Positions 56,193-64,000 of a stretch of DNA of 64,000 bases are shown here, one piece after another (the stretch's first letter is position 1; the number at the start of each line of letters is the position of its first letter). The notes under the pieces are model-generated. The model saw nothing but the letters and a program-made list of their open reading frames with translations, searched no databases and was not told where the DNA came from. This DNA comes from an uncultured Planctomycetaceae bacterium. GTDB taxonomy: Bacteria; Planctomycetota; Planctomycetia; Planctomycetales; Planctomycetaceae. The translations under genes and the position numbers were made by a program. The DNA lies in assembly GCA_963813715.1 (NCBI GenBank), contig CAWFAK010000005.1:288001-352000 (forward strand). The letters run 5' to 3'.

Positions 56193-56325
56193 GGCCGGTC
56201 GACGTGCTCCGGCTGCTCGCCTTTCCCCGTCGCTCGTCGGCACCTAAAATGTGCGGCACACACGCGGTTCGCCGGCTGGCCGACCGACGCACAGACCCTT
56301 TTTTCGTTCCCGGAGTCGATGCCCC

Positions 56326-58003
56326 TTGTCGCAGCAGTACATTTTCACAATCGAGGCCCTCACAAGGATTTACGAGCAGAAGGAGGTCCTCTCCAACATC
56401 TGGCTGTCGTTCTATCCCGGCGCGAAGATCGGCGTCATCGGGGACAACGGAGCGGGCAAGAGCACCTTGCTGCGGATCATGGCCGGTGAAGACAAAGATT
56501 TCATGGGGACGGCCCGACCCGCCAAAAACTTGCGCATCGGCTATTTCCCACAGGAGCCGCGGCTGGAGAAATGGACTACGGTCGACGAGTGCATTCAGGA
56601 TGCCGTCAGCGAGTCGCGGGCGATCCTCGACCGCTACAACGAAATCAACATGAAGCTGGCCGAGGACCTATCGCCGGAGCAGATGGAAAAGCTCCTCGAC
56701 GAGCAATCTCGCGTGCAGGACAAGATCGACGCTGCCAATTTGTGGGAGCTTGACCGCACGCTCGAGGTCGCCGCCGACGCCATGCGACTCCCGCCGGCCG
56801 AGGCGAAAATTGCCCATCTCTCGGGCGGCGAAAAACGCCGCGTCGGTCTGTGCCGAATCCTGCTGCAGAGCCCCGATCTACTGCTGTTGGACGAGCCGAC
56901 GAACCACCTCGACGCCGAATCGGTGTCGTGGCTCGAACGCTTCCTGCACGATTTCACCGGCACGGTCGTCGCCATCACGCACGATCGGTACTTCCTCGAT
57001 AACGTCGCCGGTTGGATCCTCGAAATGGACCGGGGCCGCGGCTATCCGTATGAAGGCAACTACTCCGGCTGGCTGGAGCAGAAGCAGGCGCGCTTGGCCA
57101 TCGATGAGAAGCGAGAGTCGAAGCGGCAAAAAGAACTCAAGCGCGAGCTGGAGTGGGTGCGGACGAGCCCGAAGGCCCGTTCGACGAAGAACAAGGCCCG
57201 CCTCGAACGCTACAACGAGCTGGCTTCCCAACAATACGATGCCCGCGACGACGCGGCCGACATTCAGATCGCCCCGGGCCCTCCGCTGGGCGAACTGGTT
57301 GTGCGGGCGGAAAACGTCTCGAAGGCCTTCGGAGAAACGCTGCTCTTTGAAGGTCTCAACTTCGACCTGCCGCGGGGCGGCATCGTCGGCGTGATCGGAC
57401 CCAACGGGGCCGGCAAGACGACGCTGTTCAAGATGATCATGGGGCTGGAAAAGGCCGACAGCCGGCACACTTCGGATCGGCGACGGGGTCTTTTTGTCCT
57501 ACGTCGATCAGTCGCGCGATGCGCTCGATCCCAACAAGACAGTATATGAAGAGGTCTCCGGCGGCCGCGATTTCATCGAGATCGGCAAGTCGCGGATCCA
57601 TTCGCGGGCGTACGTCGGCCGGTTCAACTTCAAAGGGCAGGACCAGCAAAAGTTCGTCCGTGAGCTGTCGGGCGGAGAACGCAACCGCATCCACCTGGCG
57701 AAGCTGTTGCGGACGGGCGGCAACGTGCTGCTGCTGGACGAGCCGACTAACGACCTCGACGTCGATACGCTGCGGGCGCTCGAAGAGGCGATTCAGAACT
57801 TCGGGGGCTGCGTGATGGTCTCCAGCCACGACCGCTGGTTCCTCGACCGCACGGCCACGCACATCCTGGCCTTCGAGGGGGACAGCCGCGTGGTCTGGTT
57901 CGAGGGCAATTACCAGATGTACGAGATCCAGCGGCACGAACGGCTGGGCGACGAAGCCGATCAACCGCATCGCATCAAATACCGGCCGCTGGCGCGCACC
58001 TGA
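56326..58003 (+). CDS. ettA: Energy-dependent translational throttle ABC-F protein; frameshift near 57463
   Basis: [56 protein letters not shown] and PHRIKYRPL motifs. Confidence 0.95.
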
Positions 58004-58026
58004 GCAAAACGCACGGCGAAATCCGT

Positions 58027-58899
58027 ATGACCATTGCATCTCCCGGCGAGCGGTTCCGCGACGCGCTCAAGCAGCCGCCGCTGATGATTCCGGGAGTCTT
58101 CAACGCGCTCACGGCACGCCTGGCCGAACGCGCCGGCTTTCGGGCCGCCTACCAGTCGGGGGCGGCCTTGTCGGCGAGCCTGGCCGCGCTGCCCGACGTC
58201 GGTCTCATCAACCAGACCGAGTTTGCCCAGCAGGGGCATTACCTCGTCTCCGCCGTTTCCATTCCCGTGATTTCGGACGCGGACACTGGTTTCGGCGAGG
58301 CGCTCGCCGTCGAACGCACCGTCACGCTTTTCGAGTCGGCGGGCCTGGCGGGTCTGCATCTGGAAGATCAGCACCTGCCCAAGCGCTGCGGACACCTGAG
58401 CGGCAAGTCGCTCGTGTCGTGCGCGGAGATGGTGAGCAAGCTCAAGGCGGCCGTCGCCGCCCGTCGCGATCCGAGTTTTGTGATTATCGCCCGCACCGAC
58501 GGCCGGGCCTCGGAAGGGCTCGAGGCCGCGATCGACCGGGCTCAAGCCTATGTCGAAGCCGGCGCGGACATGATCTTTCCCGAGGCGCTCGAGTCGCCGG
58601 ACGAATTCGGCCGTTTCGCCGGCGCGATCAAAGTTCCGCTGCTGGCCAACATGACCGAGTTCGGCAAGAGTCCCCTCCTGACGGCGACCGAGCTCGGCAA
58701 GCTCGGCTATGCAGCCGTGCTCTTTCCCGTGACGATGCTGCGAGTGGCTGCCAAGGCAGTCGAAGACGCGCTCGCCCAGTTGGCCCGCGAAGGTTCGCAA
58801 AAGGGCTTTGTTGATCGCATGCAGACCCGAGCCGACCTGTACAAGCTGCTCGACTACACGGGCTTCGAATCGCGAGACCAAACCTACTTCGGTCGCTGA
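58027..58899 (+). CDS. prpB: Methylisocitrate lyase (ICL/PEP mutase family)
   Basis: DADTGFG, EDQHLPKRCGHLSGK, ARTD and LANMTEFGKSPL motifs. Confidence 0.9.
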   Translation: MTIASPGERFRDALKQPPLMIPGVFNALTARLAERAGFRAAYQSGAALSASLAALPDVGLINQTEFAQQGHYLVSAVSIPVISDADTGFGEALAVERTVTLFESAGLAGLHLEDQHLPKRCGHLSGKSLVSCAEMVSKLKAAVAARRDPSFVIIARTDGRASEGLEAAIDRAQAYVEAGADMIFPEALESPDEFGRFAGAIKVPLLANMTEFGKSPLLTATELGKLGYAAVLFPVTMLRVAAKAVEDALAQLAREGSQKGFVDRMQTRADLYKLLDYTGFESRDQTYFGR

Positions 58900-58961
58900 T
58901 TCTGGTCGCACCGTGACGACGTCTTGACCACCTGGGCGTCTCACTTATACTTCGCGTCGCG

Positions 58962-59762
58962 ATGGAGCGACTTCTTCCCAGCTTTGCCCAGCTTGCAACC
59001 GAACGGCCGCGGCGGATGCGCATTCCCCGCAGCCGGCGGCTGGTGATCGATGTCTTGCACTATCGCGCGAAGGTGCCAACCTGCGCGCACGACCGGCTCT
59101 GCGACTTTCGGCCCGTGGCCGAGGCCCGCGACCGCTGCCCGGTGCGGATCTCCTGGTCGATGATTTTCATCAAGGCGTTCGGCCTGGTGGCGGCCCGCGT
59201 GCCGGTGCTTCGGCAGACCTATCAGCGCTGGCCCTGGCCGCACATCTATCAGCACCCCACGAGCGTGGCGATGGTGGCCACGCACCGCGATTTTCAGGGA
59301 GAGCCATGGCTCTTCTGGAGCCGCTTCAGCTCACCCGAGGCCAAGCCGCTCGACGGCATGCAGGCCTCTCTCGACCGTTATCTGACCGGTCCCGTCGAAA
59401 CGACCTTCCCCTGGCAATATCAGCTCAGCGGTTTCCCCACGCCGGTGCGGCGCGTGTTGTGGGCGTGGACGCTCACGATGGGCGGACCGAACCGCGTGCG
59501 CCGTAGCGGCACGTTCTTCCTGACAACGATTGCCGGTCACGGGGCCGAGATCCAACATCCGCCGGCCTTCCTGACGGCCAACGCCACCTACGGTCCGATC
59601 GACGAGAACGGCAAGAGCCGCGTGACGATCGCTTATGACCATCGGCTGATGGACGGACGCTTGGTGGCTCACGCCTTGGCCGGAATCGAAGAGACGATGA
59701 ACGGCCCGATCGTCGCGGAGCTCGATTCGATGAACGCCGATCAATTGGCGCGGGCCGCCTGA
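58962..59762 (+). CDS. Stand-alone protein resembling the 2-oxoacid dehydrogenase E2/CAT acyltransferase catalytic domain
   Basis: IFIKAFGLVA...P.LR, GTFFLT and YDHRLMDG (HxxxDG) motifs; no lipoyl domain. Confidence 0.7.
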   Translation: MERLLPSFAQLATERPRRMRIPRSRRLVIDVLHYRAKVPTCAHDRLCDFRPVAEARDRCPVRISWSMIFIKAFGLVAARVPVLRQTYQRWPWPHIYQHPTSVAMVATHRDFQGEPWLFWSRFSSPEAKPLDGMQASLDRYLTGPVETTFPWQYQLSGFPTPVRRVLWAWTLTMGGPNRVRRSGTFFLTTIAGHGAEIQHPPAFLTANATYGPIDENGKSRVTIAYDHRLMDGRLVAHALAGIEETMNGPIVAELDSMNADQLARAA

Positions 59763-59807
59763 CCCCTCGGCCGGTTTCGTCGCCGGCAGAAAGCGGAAGG
59801 TCCACGG

Positions 59808-61216
59808 ATGGACATGTTCGTGATCGAGGGGGGCGTGCCGCTCAACGGCACCGTCGCCGTCAGCGGGGCCAAGAATTCGGCGCTGCCGCTGATGGCGACC
59901 GCGCTCGCCGCCGAAGGCAAAACGGTGCTCCGCGGTGTGCCGCACCTGGTCGACGTTGAAACCCTGTCGCTCTTGCTGCAGACCCTGGGCGTCGACGTCC
60001 GCCGCATCACCCCAGACGCCTTGACGCTCGAAGTTATCGACGAGCGGCCGCACGTCGCCGATTACGAGCTTGTGCGGCGGATGCGGGCCGGCTTCTGCGT
60101 GCTGGGGCCGCTGCTTGCGCGGCGGGGACGAGCCTGCGTTTCGCTCCCGGGGGGCTGCAACATCGGCGATCGCCCCATCGAACTGCACCTCAAGGGGCTG
60201 CGGGCCTTGGGGGCCGAGATCACGATTGAGCGTGGGTACGTCGTCGCGCGGGCCGAGCGTCTGCGCGGCGCACGTCGACCTGCGCGGGTCCGTTCGGCAG
60301 CACGGTGACGGGAACCTGTAACATGATGGCCGCCGCCGCCCTCGCCGAAGGGGTGACGACGATCGAGTCGGCGGCCTGCGAGCCCGAGGTCGTCGATCTC
60401 GGCAATCTGCTGAATGCGATGGGGGCGCGAATCGGCGGATTGGGCACACCTGTGTTGACCATCGAAGGCGTGCGCCGGCTGGCCGCAACCGAGCATACGG
60501 TCATTCCCGATCGCATCGAAGCCGCGACTCTGATGATTGCCGCCGCGATTACCCGCGGACGCGTGCGGCTGACCGGCGTGCGACCCGAGCAGATGACCAA
60601 CGTGCTCGATAAGCTGCGGCAAATCGGCGTCTCGATCGAGGTCGGGGCGGACAGCCTCGACATCCGTGGTGACGGCCCGCTCCATCCGGTCGATTGCGTG
60701 GCCCTGCCTTATCCCGGGCTGCCGACGGATCTGCAGGCCCAATTGACGGCCCTCTTGGCCACTGTGCCGGGCGTGAGCGTCGTCACGGACAAGATTTTTC
60801 CCGATCGCTTCATGCACGCACCCGAACTGGCTCGCATGGGAGCCCGCATTCGGCGTGAGGCGAATCGCGCGGTGATCGACGGTGTCGCGCGGTTGAGCGG
60901 CGCCTGCGTGATGGCTTGCGACCTGAGAGCCAGCGCGGCGCTGGTGCTGGCCGGCCTGGCCGCCACGGAAACGACAGTCATTCGCCGCATCTATCATCTC
61001 GATCGCGGTTACGAGCGGCTCGAAGCGAAGCTCGCGCGGGTCGGTGCTCGAATCACTCGCACCACCGACGAGCCGGCTCACTTTCCTGCAAGCTTGCGTC
61101 TTGCCGAGGAATGCTCCCAGCCGGCTGCCTTCGTTGATTCGCCCGCCCCGCTGAGCGGACCCAAGTGGTTCCAGCAGCTGCGCTCCGATAGGCTTAAGAG
61201 TCGGCACGATTCTTAA
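59808..61216 (+). CDS. murA: UDP-N-acetylglucosamine 1-carboxyvinyltransferase; indels near 60270-60290
   Basis: [42 protein letters not shown] and HLDRGYE motifs. Confidence 0.95.
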
Positions 61217-61238
61217 GGCCAACGGCGTCTCTGGCACC

Positions 61239-62274
61239 ATGCCTCTCGAGCGTTACAGCAAACAACTTCTTTTCAGCGGAATAGGGGAAGCCGGCCAACG
61301 CCAGTTAATGGCGAGCCGCGCGGTCTTGTTCGGCTGCGGGGCGCTGGGGAGCGTACTGGCGGACACGTTGGTCCGGGCCGGCGTCGGCCGACTGCGGATC
61401 GTCGACCGTGATTTCGTCGAGTTGAGCAATCTGCAGCGGCAAGTGCTCTTCGACGAGTCCGACGTCGAGACGCGTCTGCCCAAGGCCATCGCCGCTGCCG
61501 AAAAGCTCCGACGCATCAACAGCACGGTCATCGTCGAACCGGTCGTGGCGGACGTCGATCACACGAACATCTTGGCACTGATCGAGGGAGCGGACCTGAT
61601 TCTCGACGGCTCGGACAACTTCGAGCTGCGGTTTCTAATCAACGACGCGTCCCTGGAATCGGGTATTCCCTGGATCTATGCCGGCGTCATCGGCAGTCAC
61701 GGGCAGGTGATGCCGATCTTTCCCGGCAGCTCGGCCTGTCTGCGTTGCCTGATTCGAGCGCCTCCCGGACGCAGGCAGCACCGAGACCTGCGACACGGCC
61801 GGTATTCTGGGCCCGGCTGTCCAGGTGGTGGCGGCGCTGGAAGCCGTGGTGGCGATGAAAATCCTCTCCGGCCAGCCCGGGAAAGTCTCGCGCACGCTCG
61901 CTTATATCGATGTCTGGGAAGGCACGCTCCGGCAGTTGAATGTCGCCGATCTCCGCGAGCGGGCCGACTGCCCGGCCTGCAAGCAGGACGAGCGCGCGTG
62001 GCTCTCGGGAAAGCTGGGCTCGCGAACCAGCGTGTTGTGCGGCCGCAACGCCGTCCAAGTCTCCCCGACCGAATACGGGCAGATGGCGCTCGACGAACTG
62101 GCCGCGCGCCTGCGAGGCTCGGGCGAGGTCCAAGCGAATGACTATCTGCTTCGCTTCAGCCCGCGCGACAGCCCGTTCGAGGTCACCGTCTTTCGTGACG
62201 GGCGGGCGATCATCAAGGGGACCGAAGACCTGGCCCTCGCGCGGAGCGTGTATTCGCGCTTTATTGGCAGCTAA
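61239..62274 (+). CDS. ThiF/MoeB-family adenylyltransferase; indel near 61760
   Basis: RYSKQ, GCGALGS, DRDFVELSNLQRQ, CLRC, TCDTAG, CPAC and CGRNAVQ motifs. Confidence 0.9.
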
Positions 62275-62557
62275 TCCACTGTGTTCGCTGACTCGAGTAT
62301 TTGACCAATCCGGCGGGATTCGGCTCCGTTGGGTCTCCTCCCCATTGTCCCGTTCAATCCCGTCCCGATATTCGAGTCCCGTCCTGCCGGTGGTCTACCG
62401 ACCCCAGCGAGAGATTTCTTGGAGTGCCCGCGTTCCTCCGGGTTGAACCCCCGGTGCGGTTGTCGGACGCCTTCTCGCGAGGTTGCGGAGGCAAGAGCCC
62501 GCGCGGTGGGACAACTTTTCCGCCCCCCCTTATATCAATGCACGGAGTCCCGTCACG

Positions 62558-62629
62558 CCGGGACCGCTTTTCACTGTCCCGTCCCGCCGGGACCACTTTT
62601 CACTGTCCCGCCGGGACAACTTGTCCCAC
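62558..62629. repeat. Imperfect tandem repeat CCGGGACC(G/A)CTTTTCACTGTCCCG, about 2.5 copies
   Basis: Directly visible; each unit carries an internal GGGAC/GTCCC inverted pair. Confidence 0.85.
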
Positions 62630-63137
62630 CGTTCCCTGCAGTGGCACCAACGCGTTGTCGTCGTCTGCTGGGGATCTTTGCTCTCCCTTAGTGAAAAAGG
62701 ATCCCCACCACCAGCGACCCTTTTTTCGTTCCCAGCGGAGATCTCTTCCCCGCGCGCGGCCTGTGGTCAACTTTCTGTGGGTCAACTACCTTGTGAAAGT
62801 AGTTGACCAGACCACAGGGGGTTGGGATGACATTTCGCTCATGTCGCTCGGCACCCGGAACGACAATGGCCGCTCCTGCGCAACGCCGGCGCATGGAATT
62901 CGCGCGGGCCATGCGAAACCGCCGCGCAGATCGTCCACCTGCGGATCTTCCCCACGGCGCAAGAAAACCTGCTCTCTCCATTCAGCCACAGGATGGCGAT
63001 CCAAACAAGATCAGTTTTCTACGCCGGCGCGGTCGAGCCCCGTTGCAACAGTCGCGGCAACCGGCTCTTGGTCGTACGGAGGAGAGCCGCAGGTAAAGCC
63101 TGCCTTTCTGGTCCGTCGATCGCGATCTGACAGAGAT

Positions 63138-63345
63138 GGGTGCCATGCTCACGGCTCGGCGTGAGACCGTCCGGAAAGTCGGGTGCCACGGCTGAGACGC
63201 TTCGGCTCAGCCGTGCTCTTTCCGGTTGCTGACGACGGTTTGTGAACCGTGAAGAGCACGGTTGAGCAAGCTCAACCGTGGCACCAAGGCAATCTTCGCT
63301 CTGAATTACCGGACAGCCTCACCGAAACCGGTGGGCATGGCACCC
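63138..63345. repeat. Nested REP-like palindromes plus MITE-like inverted repeats
   Basis: Outer GGGTGCCATGCTCAC / GTGGGCATGGCACCC; middle GAGACCGTCCGGAAA / TTACCGGACAGCCTC; inner GGGTGCCACGGCTGAG / CTCAACCGTGGCACC. Confidence 0.85.
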
Positions 63346-63371
63346 GGCGCGCTACATCGGCAGCTAGCCGG

Positions 63372-63680
63372 CTAGCGCTGGGCGGGCGAGGGCGCCAGCA
63401 ATCCCGCTAACGCGCCCACTGCCGCCGATCCAATCGCAATCACGCCGTCGGGCGTCTTCTTGTCGTATGCCGCCAGGAGGCACACGGCAATGACGGTTGC
63501 CAGCATGCCAAGCCCCAAGGTGCTGACGACGATCCGATAGATCCAGGCGTCTGTCTGCAATACGGGCGCCGCCAGGTTTTGCAACGCGGCAACGGGATTC
63601 TGTTTGATCTGCTCCTGTAGATGGACGTCCGACGCGACGGCATCGGCCATGTCCTCGGCCAGTCGAAACTGCTTTGCCAT
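63372..63680 (-). CDS. Small two-TM membrane protein
   Basis: 102 aa; DAWIYRIVV...TM...PDGVIAIGSAAVGALAGLLAPSP; G-rich RBS-like sequence upstream. Confidence 0.75.
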   Translation of the reverse strand: MAKQFRLAEDMADAVASDVHLQEQIKQNPVAALQNLAAPVLQTDAWIYRIVVSTLGLGMLATVIAVCLLAAYDKKTPDGVIAIGSAAVGALAGLLAPSPAQR

Positions 63681-63739
63681 GAGCGCACCCCCGCATTAGT
63701 GCAGCCTGCTCTCCTCCGTGCGAACACTAGCGACGCGAT

Positions 63740-64000
63740 CTACATATTAACGTGCTCTCGGACAAACGCTGCCAACGATTGACTGACGACTTGCTCGGCC
63801 CGGTCGAAGCGGATGCTGATCTGATCGCGGCCGTTTCCGCTGGTCGAGATTTCGCGTTCGCGTCCCAGCTCGGTGATCCGGCCGAGGGCCACGCGGCCCG
63901 TTTCGTTATAGAGTGACAGGTCAACGCCGTGCCGCCGCTTGGTGTGCACGGCCGCCCAGACGGCGTCGGAGTTCTTGCGGCGGAAGTAGACGACCTGCTT
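63740..64000 (-). CDS. C-terminal part of a protein running in from the window edge; function unassigned
   Basis: Open frame KQVVYFRRKNSDAVWAAVHTKRR...EHVNM-stop with GC3-rich codons. Confidence 0.65.
   Translation of the reverse strand, partial: KQVVYFRRKNSDAVWAAVHTKRRHGVDLSLYNETGRVALGRITELGREREISTSGNGRDQISIRFDRAEQVVSQSLAAFVREHVNM

Noticed and set aside
62558..62629. CRISPR array
   Set aside because: No unique spacers and only about 2.5 units.
62301..63164. 287-aa ORF across the repeat-rich spacer
   Set aside because: Pro/Ser/Arg-rich, non-protein-like translation of repeats and hairpins, with no RBS.
63740..64000. Assigning the edge ORF to the planctomycete UvrA C-terminal extension
   Set aside because: Only a vague recollected resemblance; no diagnostic motif lies inside the window.

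Overview
64-kb GC-rich bacterial chromosomal window, most likely from a Planctomycete. The evidence is a DUF1549/DUF1553-DUF1501 pair, a TIGR03009-like protein, a PQQ-type beta-propeller protein, an LRR protein and GGGTGCCA-type REP palindromes. Content is mostly housekeeping or planctomycete accessory genes: groES-groEL, rfbC, pdxA, shc, rsgA, rnpB, an hpf-EIIA-HPr-EI cluster, an RNase E/G family nuclease, a POT transporter next to an S46 peptidase, an Lhr helicase, ettA, prpB, murA and a ThiF-family gene. About 15 genes, including conserved ones, are split by apparent 1-bp indels; these look like long-read consensus errors rather than pseudogenisation, so each is listed as one CDS. I saw no tRNA, rRNA, CRISPR array, integrase or transposase. 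The most unusual signals are: (i) sigma54-type promoters, one with paired palindromic enhancer-like sites upstream of groESL; (ii) a canonical HtrA-like protease beside a His->Ser/Ser->Cys variant with an internal PDZ domain; (iii) a double-Zn-ribbon/TM/TPR protein translationally coupled to an HExxH membrane protein; (iv) a LolA-like protein with a PASTA-like tail; (v) about 1.1 kb of repeat- and hairpin-rich non-coding DNA (62275-63370) with an origin-like motif cluster and a three-layer nested REP/MITE. All calls come from motif recognition by eye; no searches were run.
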